Assembly: GCA_035565935.1 (NCBI GenBank)
Contig: DATMRU010000032.1
Span: 22,436-86,435 of the forward strand
DNA length: 64,000 nt
Source of the DNA: Roseomonas sp.
GTDB lineage: Bacteria; Pseudomonadota; Alphaproteobacteria; Acetobacterales; Acetobacteraceae
Direction of reading: 5' to 3'
Part shown: positions 16,406 through 24,700 of the stretch, one piece after another
Layout: each line of letters starts with the position of its first letter
Numbering within the stretch: the stretch's first letter is position 1
The notes under the pieces: generated by a model
What the model was told of the DNA's origin: nothing
Seen by the model: the letters and a program-made list of their open reading frames with translations, nothing else
Databases searched by the model: none
Made by a program: the position numbers and the translations under genes

Positions 16406-18025
16406 ATGAGGCTGCTGAACATGTTCCGCAAGGAACCCAAAAAGAGTGCCGTTGATCTTCTACAGCAGATCTCAAAACGAGCTGAGGATCTAACTCCTGA
16501 AGAACAAGCAAAAAGCTTTGTTGCCATTCGCCGAATCGATGGAGCTCTGAAGAGTCGAGATAGCCGAGTTATATTTGGCCGAAGAGGCACCGGAAAGACT
16601 CACATCCTCTCATATATGTCCGCTGCGGCAAATGGCCGAGGCGATTTTGCGTGCTCGATCGACCTTCGAACTCTTGGTTCCAACAATTCAATATATTCAG
16701 ATCTCTCTGTTCCGGCGAGCGTCCGCGCAACCACGCTCATTCGAGACCTCTTGTCTAATATACATTTTCGTGTTCTCGACTTCTACACGGATCCGAGGTC
16801 TCGCCTGAATGATAAGGCACTTTATACGGCGATCGAGGGGCTGCAGTCGTGCGTCAAAACTGTAGTTGTGACTGAACAGCAGCAATCCCGGGGCAAGGTC
16901 TCGCGCGCTGACGCCCTGAAGATGCAAGCAGGTGGAGAGGCGAAGCTTTCAGCAGTTACCCTTGAGGCGAGGACCTCGGGAAGCGCGGAGTTTACGTCCA
17001 GTGACGCAGGCGAATGGGAAACCACGATTTCAGGGAAGCCCCGCCTCTCCGTCAACATGGGAGATGCATACACTCAGCTCAATCGAGTGGCATCCTTGCT
17101 TCCTGGCAGGCTCTGGATTCTCCTTGATGAATGGAGTTCATTGCCGGAGACGCTCCAGCCGTACCTGGCGGACTTTATACGGCGCGCAATTTTGCCGGTT
17201 CAGAACGCCAGTGTGTGCATTGCAGCAATTGAGTATCGGTCAAAATTTCGTGCCGACGATGCGGATGATCGCCTTGGACTGGAATTAGGCTCTGACATTG
17301 CAGCCGACATCAACCTAGACGACTATTTTGTGTATGATGTTAGCCCAGATGCTGCCGTCCAGTTCTTTGGCGATTTACTTTATAAGCATCTTAGCGCTTT
17401 TGCTGACCCGGTTGGTTTATCCGAAGGGAGTGCAAAGGCAGTTATCGCCAATGTCTTCTCACAAGACCGGGTATTCGCAGAACTTGTGCGAGCTTCAGAA
17501 GGTGTCGCGCGAGACTTCATAAACATCCTACAGCTCGCGGCCATGCGGTCGGACGATAGCAAAATCACAATGAATGAGGTCCGCACTGCCGCGAAGGATT
17601 GGTTCGAGCGGGACAAGCAGCGCAATCTAGATTCGCGCAAAAATGCACAGGAACTTCTTCAGTGGATTCGGGATGAGGTGATAAGTGGAAAGAAGGCAAG
17701 AGCATTTCTGCTTAACGTATCTGTCTCACATCCTCTGATCGAATTCCTATTCGATGAGCGCATACTTCACATTGCCCGTCGCTCTTACTCTGCCAAAGAT
17801 GATCCGGGAGTCCGTTATCGTGTTTGGAAGGTCGACTACGGATGCTATGTCGACCTAATTAACACTCTCAACAATCCAACGTCCTTCCTCTCTGAGGGCG
17901 TTGTATTTAGCGAGCAAGGCGATCTCATTGTTCCGGACGATGATTATCGCGCTGTGCGCCGGGCTATACTCGACATTGCGGCCTTCGATACTCATACGTC
18001 TTCTGCCAGGGACCCAACATCGTAA
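16406..18025 (+). CDS. Standalone P-loop ATPase (ORC/Cdc6- or STAND-like) moron
   Basis: Walker A IFGRRGTGKT, Walker B WILLDEWS, C-terminal wHTH-like region; visibly more AT-rich than flanks. Confidence 0.8.
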   Translation: MRLLNMFRKEPKKSAVDLLQQISKRAEDLTPEEQAKSFVAIRRIDGALKSRDSRVIFGRRGTGKTHILSYMSAAANGRGDFACSIDLRTLGSNNSIYSDLSVPASVRATTLIRDLLSNIHFRVLDFYTDPRSRLNDKALYTAIEGLQSCVKTVVVTEQQQSRGKVSRADALKMQAGGEAKLSAVTLEARTSGSAEFTSSDAGEWETTISGKPRLSVNMGDAYTQLNRVASLLPGRLWILLDEWSSLPETLQPYLADFIRRAILPVQNASVCIAAIEYRSKFRADDADDRLGLELGSDIAADINLDDYFVYDVSPDAAVQFFGDLLYKHLSAFADPVGLSEGSAKAVIANVFSQDRVFAELVRASEGVARDFINILQLAAMRSDDSKITMNEVRTAAKDWFERDKQRNLDSRKNAQELLQWIRDEVISGKKARAFLLNVSVSHPLIEFLFDERILHIARRSYSAKDDPGVRYRVWKVDYGCYVDLINTLNNPTSFLSEGVVFSEQGDLIVPDDDYRAVRRAILDIAAFDTHTSSARDPTS

Positions 18026-18159
18026 GCGGGGGAGCACCGCGCTTCCAATTTAGGTGTGGCCGCACATCCATCCTTTTCGCGAGGCACATCACTGACACAC
18101 AGTATGCTTAGCCCCACAATAGACTAATGATTCTACGAAAGAATTTCGACAGATGCATG

Positions 18160-18207
18160 CCCTTGCCAAGGTTGGGGTCGAGGGTTCGAATCCCTTCGCC
18201 CGCTCCA
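18160..18207 (+). repeat. att site 1: 3' part of tRNA-Gly(GCC), 48-bp direct repeat copy
   Basis: CCCTTGCCAAGGTTGGGGTCGAGGGTTCGAATCCCTTCGCCCGCTCCA: anticodon loop, T-arm and CCA present, 5' tRNA half absent; identical to 25546-25593. Confidence 0.95.
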
Positions 18208-18280
18208 TCCGATTCCTTAGAAAAATCAGCAAGTTCTGACTTATCCTTGACGGCCCTGCCGGTCAGATCGATTCTGGCCC

Positions 18281-18299
18281 GTCGGGAATTTCGTCGGGA
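18281..18299 (+). repeat. Candidate integrase arm-type sites, left
   Basis: GTCGGGA-N5-GTCGGGA; same arrangement at 25445-25463. Confidence 0.7.
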
Positions 18300-18308
18300 G
18301 TTGCCTCT

Positions 18309-19505
18309 GTGACCGTCTATCGTCGGGAGACGAAGCAGGGCGTCCGCTTCGTTGTGGACTTCTTGGTTGGCGGGCATCGCGTGAACCACACCCTCCGGGG
18401 AGTGGCCAGTATGCGCGAGGCAAAGGCGGCGGAAGCGCGCCTCAAGGAGGAGTACCGGGCACGCCTCAACTCCTCGGGGAGCATCGTCAAGATGACCCTG
18501 GAAACCGCCCTTCAACGGTATGTGGCCGAGCGCCTTAAGCCCAAGGTCCGCAATCCCTCCTCGCTGGCGACCTACCTCACATACCTTTGGATGATCCGTG
18601 ACTTCTTCGGTCCAGGCCGAGACGTGCAGACCATCAACAACGCCGCCGTGGTGGATTGGTGGTCTGCACTGGTTGGAGGAAGCGGGAACAGCAGCCGCAA
18701 GCCAGTCAAGCCCAACACCGCAAAGCGGTATCTCGGGCAACTGAAGGCAGTCCTGGCGTTCGCCCAGGAGGCCGGGGCAGGCAACACCGTCCCCAGTTTC
18801 TCCCCGCAGGTGGCTGATGACAGCCGTGTGCGCTGGCTGACCGACAAGGAGGAAGATGACCTCCTGGGCGCCTCCCCTGGTTGGCTTCGCGACTTCATCG
18901 TCTTCAGTGTCGAGACGGGGGCACGCAAGCAGGAGGCCCTTGGCGTCCGCTGGCGCGACGTTGATCTTGAGATGCAGCCCCGCCCGGTGGTCCGCCTCTA
19001 CCAGACCAAGGGCGGCAAACCCCGTGGCGTCCCCCTGTCGCTGCGTGCGCAGAAGCTCCTTCAGCGCCTCCGACGCTCCCGCCCCGACGCCAGTCCCGAC
19101 GACAAGGTATTGCTGTGGCAGGAGCGATTAGGGCGCGCCCTGGTGCCCCTGGGAGACTTCAAAAAGACCTGGGCTGTGGTGGCGAAGAACGCCAAGGTCG
19201 AGGATGTGCGCCCCCACGACCTTCGCCACACCTTCGCCTCCCGGTTGGTGCTGCGCCGGGTGCCGCTCTATGACGTGAGCAAGTTACTCGGGCATTCCTC
19301 CCTCAAGATGACGATGCGGTATGCCCACCTCGCTCCCGAAAGCCTGAACAACGCGATTGCCGCGCTGGACGAAGGCCACAAGCCTCGCTCATCGCGCGCA
19401 CCCACTCGTTCCGGTTCGGCGCTGTTACGGCGCTCCCCACGGGGCGCGAAAGGAGACGCCGAGGAGGAGGTGGCACTTGAAGGGGCCGAAGGTCCGAGGG
19501 GGTGA
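18309..19505 (+). CDS. int: Tyrosine integrase of element 2
   Basis: ETGARKQEAL, TKGGK, HDLRHTFASRL, LLGHSSLKMTMRYAHL. Confidence 0.95.
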   Translation: MTVYRRETKQGVRFVVDFLVGGHRVNHTLRGVASMREAKAAEARLKEEYRARLNSSGSIVKMTLETALQRYVAERLKPKVRNPSSLATYLTYLWMIRDFFGPGRDVQTINNAAVVDWWSALVGGSGNSSRKPVKPNTAKRYLGQLKAVLAFAQEAGAGNTVPSFSPQVADDSRVRWLTDKEEDDLLGASPGWLRDFIVFSVETGARKQEALGVRWRDVDLEMQPRPVVRLYQTKGGKPRGVPLSLRAQKLLQRLRRSRPDASPDDKVLLWQERLGRALVPLGDFKKTWAVVAKNAKVEDVRPHDLRHTFASRLVLRRVPLYDVSKLLGHSSLKMTMRYAHLAPESLNNAIAALDEGHKPRSSRAPTRSGSALLRRSPRGAKGDAEEEVALEGAEGPRG

Positions 19506-19686
19506 CGATGGCTGTGGCAAGCCTCGCATCCACGTCCTCCGCCCGAAAGCGTGGGCTGCGCGTCCCTGCGGCATAGCTGCGCGGCAACTCAAGACGGTCG
19601 AGTTGCCGTGTGGAGATTCGGAGACGTGCCGCCGCCTCGGCTCGGGTGAGCCAAGGCGATTGCGCCGCTCCGCTAGGCTGAGACAT
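19303..19686 (-). CDS. xis: Excisionase-like HTH protein antisense to int 3' end
   Basis: WLTRAEAAARLRISTRQLDRL...PRFRAEDVDA. Confidence 0.75.
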   Translation of the reverse strand: MSQPSGAAQSPWLTRAEAAARLRISTRQLDRLELPRSYAAGTRSPRFRAEDVDARLATAIVTPSDLRPLQVPPPPRRLLSRPVGSAVTAPNRNEWVRAMSEACGLRPARQSRCSGFRERGGHTASSS

Positions 19687-19706
19687 GCGTCAGCCGGGCG
19701 AACAGT

Positions 19707-20297
19707 TCAGCCGCGCTCGCTCATTTCTCTCTCAGCCCGACGCCGCTGCAAGACGGATAGTTCACGACTGCCTGCTCTAGGATGCTCCACGAGATAGAGG
19801 TTGCTGCGGCGCAGATTCTTCGTGTCGCCGTCGCGGTGGCGCACCGCATAGCCTGGGGGCGCTTCATAAACGAGGCGCCCAATAGACAGCAGACTACCCG
19901 TCGCTTCACTCTTAGGATGGCTACAGCGCACAATCGCCGCTGTCTTCTGGCCGTTGAAGTTCAACATCCACTTGTCAGAAAAGCCTAAGCGCACGACTAA
20001 CTCGTCGTGGGTCTCTACATCGACGCAGGCATATCCGCCGCGTGACAGAGGCACCAGAACGACGAGGCTGCCGTCTGGATCGGTGGTGCGGATCGGCTTG
20101 CGGGAAGAATTGCGTTTCAAAGGTTGGGTTCCGTAAGGACACGCAAAGGCAGCCCGCACGGTGTTCGTGCAGGAGGCCTGATGCGCTGATGTTGGGTTGT
20201 CGGTGTGATTGCGCCGAAACGGGCGCGCCCTCGCCAAGGTGAAAAAAGGCGAGGTAAACTGCGGCGTTGGGGGCGGTTCTGTGCCCCTGAAGGTCAC
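19707..20297 (-). CDS. Degenerate HNH endonuclease-like protein; true start probably downstream
   Basis: VVLVPLSRGGYACVD and VRHRDGDTKNLRRSNL resemble phage HNH_3 proteins. Confidence 0.6.
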   Translation of the reverse strand: MTFRGTEPPPTPQFTSPFFTLARARPFRRNHTDNPTSAHQASCTNTVRAAFACPYGTQPLKRNSSRKPIRTTDPDGSLVVLVPLSRGGYACVDVETHDELVVRLGFSDKWMLNFNGQKTAAIVRCSHPKSEATGSLLSIGRLVYEAPPGYAVRHRDGDTKNLRRSNLYLVEHPRAGSRELSVLQRRRAEREMSERG

Positions 20298-20358
20298 ATT
20301 GTGACGCTACCTCGGGGAACCCCCAGGTTTTCTGCGGCTTTCCCGCTGCGTCTTGCGC

Positions 20359-21114
20359 TCAGAATGCGGGGGTTGGTTCTGCTTCTGGTTCGTCCTCCAT
20401 CGCAGGAATCTCCCAGGGGCCGCCCTCACGAAGCACCTTCAGCGCCTCCTCTGCGAGCGCCACGAGAGCGCCCCGCCAGTGCGGGCAGGTGACCCCTCGG
20501 GATGCCGCAATGGCTCCCCTCAGGGCCGCCTCCGTGTCTTCCGCGAAGGTAGCCGAGGGATCACGCGGGCGAGGATCGGCGCGCTTGTCGCCACCACCTT
20601 GAGAGTACCGTGCTGCCACGTTCGGGAAGTCCTCCCGCATCCACCGCCGGATGCTCTCGTGGCTGATGCCCCCGAGATGGCGGGCAATGTCACGGAGCGG
20701 CATGAGCCGAGTTCTGCCAAGCCGGTATTTCCTGGCACGCACGAAAGCTTGGAAGGCTCGCCGCACCTCCTTGGGCTTCAGCGGGAGGCCATGCGTCAGG
20801 TTTGCCTGGGCAGCGGCCCATACGGCTTCCTCCTCGGTGGCGATGAAGACTTCCGCCTCTATGCGGTCCCTGCCGAGCCGCCGATGGGCCGCCACACGGT
20901 GCCAGCCATCGACCAGCACCAATGCGCCATTCACCATGGCGACCTTCACAGGCGGCAACACGGCATCGTTGCGGAGGGCCAAGCGGTACTTCTCGACAGT
21001 GCCCGCGTCCACGTTCTCGCGGACTTGGAAACGGGAATCCTCCACAAGGTTGTTGAGCGCGACCGTGCGGAGTTCCCCGGCAGGTATTGAGCCTGCGGTG
21101 GGATTGCTTCTCAT
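20359..21114 (-). CDS. ParB/Srx-fold protein with central HTH; no ParA partner
   Basis: FQVRE, LPPVKV, LVDGWHRVAA (GxxRxxA), QANLTHGLPL, HTH PLRDIARHLGGISHESIRRW. Confidence 0.8.
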   Translation of the reverse strand: MRSNPTAGSIPAGELRTVALNNLVEDSRFQVRENVDAGTVEKYRLALRNDAVLPPVKVAMVNGALVLVDGWHRVAAHRRLGRDRIEAEVFIATEEEAVWAAAQANLTHGLPLKPKEVRRAFQAFVRARKYRLGRTRLMPLRDIARHLGGISHESIRRWMREDFPNVAARYSQGGGDKRADPRPRDPSATFAEDTEAALRGAIAASRGVTCPHWRGALVALAEEALKVLREGGPWEIPAMEDEPEAEPTPAF

Positions 21115-21468
21115 GGTGTGGGGTTCTCGTGGAAGGTGGAGGAGCGGGAGGGCGCGTGGAATGCCTCCGCTGCGCAACTACGAAAAACAATGCCACCTCG
21201 CCGGAGGGGACATACGGAGGGCTTCCCCAGGAGCGCCCGCGCAAACACCCCCAGGTGACTCCTCAGGCCGTCCCTGACGGGCTTCCGCAGGCGTTCTGGT
21301 GGGACGGTAGCAGGCGGCCCCTGAGCGGCTCTGGTGAATCCCCTGGGCGTTCCATGGCTGGCCTCGGAAGTCACAGATGCGCTGGCGTGCGTGCCCCTGC
21401 ACATTGGCGCCCCGCTGATGTGGAGCGGAAGGGTAGCCTCAGGAGCGGCCTGCGGAGATCGTGGAGCG

Positions 21469-21930
21469 TTAGACTTGCGGCCCTGCTTTGGCGAATCGGA
21501 TGACTTCCGCATTGTCGCGCAGTTCGCCCCACAGGCTCCGCACCGCATCCTCCACGGTGAGGAACCGCCGCAGCGGATTATGCACGGGACTGCGGATGCC
21601 GACTGTGCCGTCCTCCGCACGGAAGAAGCTGAACCATGGATCAACCCCACTGTCGAACTCCTCATCGTCGCTGGCCACGCGCCGCCGAATCGTCAGCCTC
21701 TCGCTGTGGATGATCTCGGGCCGTTCCCCGTCCGGTCGTGGGCCTTCAACGATGGCTTCCCACGGGCCTAGCGGTAGAAAGCCCGTGGCTGTGTCTGCGG
21801 CTCTCTCGTCGTCTCGGGTGAACGCCGTCTTCGTCAGCCATCTCCCCAATTCCGGGATGGCGGTCCAGCCTCCATACGGGATGCGCGGTGAGTCTGAGGA
21901 CGGCGGCAGGCGGGCGACTTTGGTGGGCAT
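21469..21930 (-). CDS. Hypothetical protein
   Basis: 153 aa, GGAGAAC RBS upstream, same strand as neighbours, globular composition. Confidence 0.6.
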   Translation of the reverse strand: MPTKVARLPPSSDSPRIPYGGWTAIPELGRWLTKTAFTRDDERAADTATGFLPLGPWEAIVEGPRPDGERPEIIHSERLTIRRRVASDDEEFDSGVDPWFSFFRAEDGTVGIRSPVHNPLRRFLTVEDAVRSLWGELRDNAEVIRFAKAGPQV

Positions 21931-22254
21931 GAGTTCTCCTTCGGCCCCGCAGGGGCGCGTTCGTGCAGGGAGACTGGGGGAAAATCCCCATCACTCGCCG
22001 GGGCGTCTTCTGTATGGGTGGGGGATATGGGCAATTCCAGCGGCTTAGCTGTGCGCTATTCCACTGGGGCGTCGGGGGCGTTCACGTTGGCACGCCGCCT
22101 TTCGTGGGAGAGTGAGGGAAAACCCCTGGATCGCCCGGAGATCGGCCTTGAAGCTGGCCTTTCCGACAATCCCTACCGCCTCCGCAGCGGCCCTGCCGCC
22201 GGTGCCCCGGTGGAGCGCCACAGATGATCCCCTGGGCGCCCCCGGTGACGGTCC

Positions 22255-22536
22255 TCAGGCGCGGTGCAGATCGGGCAAGGGCGCCTTGGTGTCGAGGTAG
22301 AAGACCGCGTGACCCATCCGCACGACGAAGCCTTGTCCGCCATACGGATTGCCCGACCGCTCCACCTCTAGCCAGGGATAGCTGGGCATCCGCCGCAGGC
22401 TCCCAGGTTCAATGGCCATGTCGAGGCCGGCAAGGCGGCCCTGGTAACGGGCGAAGCGGAAGGCCGCCCAGGCCGCACGAGCCAGGGTGCCGGTGAGGCG
22501 GGAGAACGTGGTAGGGGTGGTGACAGCCTGAGGCAT
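22255..22536 (-). CDS. Hypothetical protein
   Basis: 93 aa, same strand, plausible composition. Confidence 0.55.
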   Translation of the reverse strand: MPQAVTTPTTFSRLTGTLARAAWAAFRFARYQGRLAGLDMAIEPGSLRRMPSYPWLEVERSGNPYGGQGFVVRMGHAVFYLDTKAPLPDLHRA

Positions 22537-22840
22537 GGGTGCATTCCGTGCTGAAGGTCAGGCCGGGGTTGCGGTCGCACCCGCTTCCCTGGCCGCTATG
22601 CCCTCACCCAGGACCATCCCAGGGCGGGCACGGAGGGAGTCTGACGCCCTCGCGAGTCCGTGAGAAGCGCCATCGTGGGGCCTGGGGGGCATCAACTCCC
22701 GATTGATTGCGCCCGTGACCAGAGAAGCACGCACATCCTCATCATCCCCTTGAGGGAGCATTCCCCGGCTACCCCTCAGGCTGGCCCAGGGAGGCCCCGG
22801 AGGAGCGCCCCAGGGAAGGGCGGGAGGGCGGCACTAGGTT

Positions 22841-22936
22841 TTACGACAGGAGGCCGCCCAGGACAGCAGCCAGGGCCGCCAGCAGCCACGCCACGGAGGC
22901 CAGCATTAGGGCGGCCCATAGGGTGCGGAGGAGCAT
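22841..22936 (-). CDS. 31-aa hydrophobic membrane peptide, not in ORF track
   Basis: MLLRTLWAALMLASVAWLLAALAAVLGGLLS; ATG 3 nt after recombinase stop. Confidence 0.55.
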   Translation of the reverse strand: MLLRTLWAALMLASVAWLLAALAAVLGGLLS

Positions 22937-22939
22937 GGG

Positions 22940-23665
22940 TCAGGCCTCCACCTTGGCCAGCACCCGGCGCACAGCGGTGGCGGTCCACGCGCTGCCCCTG
23001 GGAGTGGTGATCCCCCGCGCCGTCAGGCCTTCCGCCAGTTGCTGAAGGCTAGTCAGGCCCTGTGCTCGCAACTCCTCCACCACCGGGAGGACGCCATGGG
23101 CATGCTGGGAGGAGGCCAGAGAGCGGGCCTGGGCTGACCGCTTGGCCCCAAGGGCGCTCCCCTCAGGCGTGGCAGGGCGGTAGCCCCGATCCCCACCCAG
23201 CTTCACGCCCCGCGCCTTGGCCGCTGCCAGGGCCGCCTTGGTCCGCAGGGAGATACGCCGCGCCTCATCCTCAGCCACGGAGGCGCGGATGTGGAGCATG
23301 AAGGGGTCAGTGTCGGGGAAGTCCGCCGCGATGAAGGGCACGCCCTCCTTCATCAGCCCCGAGATGAAATGAACATCACGGGCCAGGCGGTCCAGCTTGG
23401 CGATCAGCAGCGTGGCCCCGGTGGTGCGGCAAAGAGCCAGCGCCTCGGCCAGCTTGGGGCGGTCACTCCGCTTGCCGCTCTCCACCTCCACGAAGACGGG
23501 CGATAGCAGCCGGTCCCCCGGCAGGAGGAACCCCCGAATGGCCGCCTCCTGGGCCTCCAGGCCAAGGCCAGAGCGCCCCTGCCGCTGCGTGCTGACGCGG
23601 GCATAGGCCACGAAGGTGCGGCCCTTGGCCTGACCCTGCGGGGGCTTCTGGAGGGAGGCGGACAT
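22940..23665 (-). CDS. Serine recombinase (resolvase domain plus short recombinase domain)
   Basis: VAYARVSTQRQG, VEVESGK, IAKLDRLARD, ISLRTKAALAAAKARGVKLG. Confidence 0.93.
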   Translation of the reverse strand: MSASLQKPPQGQAKGRTFVAYARVSTQRQGRSGLGLEAQEAAIRGFLLPGDRLLSPVFVEVESGKRSDRPKLAEALALCRTTGATLLIAKLDRLARDVHFISGLMKEGVPFIAADFPDTDPFMLHIRASVAEDEARRISLRTKAALAAAKARGVKLGGDRGYRPATPEGSALGAKRSAQARSLASSQHAHGVLPVVEELRAQGLTSLQQLAEGLTARGITTPRGSAWTATAVRRVLAKVEA

Positions 23666-24131
23666 GGGCGGCAGCTCCTGAGCGCTCTCGGCGCCTGCGG
23701 TGGTCTTCCTCCACCGTGAGTCCGCAACTTGAGCTTGTCAATTACCTTCAACGTTCGATGCAGCCAAACGACATGGAGCGGTGGCGGGGATGGCGGGGCA
23801 GCATGGGTGCCCAGCCCTACCCCAGGGCCACCCTCAGGAAGCCGCCTGGAGAGTCCGCCAGCACCTCCCACGAAACCAGCCGCTACCGTCCTCCGGCAGC
23901 CGCTCCAGGCCCACACCAGGGCGGCCTGTGGGGGTCTTCAAAGAGGGGGGGCCGGGGGTGGCGGCAAGGGGGGAAGCTGCGCGAAGTGCCCCTAACGCAC
24001 CCCCTCTCGGACATGCGCAATGAAAATTCCGGTTCGTTTTCTGGCATTCACTTCGCAAGCCTGCGAAAACGGCTCCCAGTTTCTGCGGCTCCTCGCTGAC
24101 AAACCAAGGCTCGCCACTTCCCTCGCACGCT

Positions 24132-24620
24132 ATGGCATATGAACCACGCGCCCTCGCGAACCTGCTGCTGGACTTGGCAGACGAGATGCGCCTGCCGCTC
24201 ACCCATATGGCGCTTCATAAGGTCGCCTATTATGCCCATGGCTGGCGGCTGGCCGAGACTGGCTGCCCGCTCCTGACCGAAGAGTTCGAAGCCTGGGAGC
24301 ATGGTCCCGTGCTGCCCACGGTGTATGGCGCGTTCAAGGCAGCGGGCAGGACGCCCATCTCTTTCCGCGCCGAACGGTTCAACCCTGCCACCCAGCAGCG
24401 CAGCGTCGCGAGGGGCAATTTTTCTCCAGCCGACCGTGCATTCTTGCGGAACATCCTGCGTGCCTATGGGCGACTGGATGCCCTCACACTTTCGGACATG
24501 ACGCACCGGAAGGGCGGCCCCTGGGACCGAGTGTGGAACGCGGCAGACGGCAAAATCACCCTGGGCATGAAGATCAAGAACCAGGCGATCAGGGCGGCCT
24601 TCTTGGCTGGGGGTCAGTAG
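24132..24620 (+). CDS. socA: Panacea/DUF4065 antitoxin, SocA-like
   Basis: LTHMALHKVAYYAHGW, FEAWEHGPVLPTVY, LSDMTHRKGGPW. Confidence 0.9.
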   Translation: MAYEPRALANLLLDLADEMRLPLTHMALHKVAYYAHGWRLAETGCPLLTEEFEAWEHGPVLPTVYGAFKAAGRTPISFRAERFNPATQQRSVARGNFSPADRAFLRNILRAYGRLDALTLSDMTHRKGGPWDRVWNAADGKITLGMKIKNQAIRAAFLAGGQ

Positions 24621-24700
24621 CTCGCAAACCCCACAAATCGTTGGCCGTTCTCCTCGCGAATCGGTGCCCTTTCGTCCGAAAAACGGCTAAGATTGTGTTC

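Larger units (their letters stand above)
1..18207. mobile_element. Lambdoid prophage with HK97-like head, right part; left end outside window
   Basis: Syntenic head, packaging, late control, replication, immunity, early and xis-int modules; right boundary placed at tRNA-Gly 3' fragment 18161-18207 (could instead end just after int at ~16.2 kb). Confidence 0.9.

Noticed and set aside
18160-18207. Possible complete tRNA-Gly genes here and at 25546-25593
   Set aside because: Only anticodon loop to CCA is present; acceptor 5' strand and D-arm are missing, so these are att remnants
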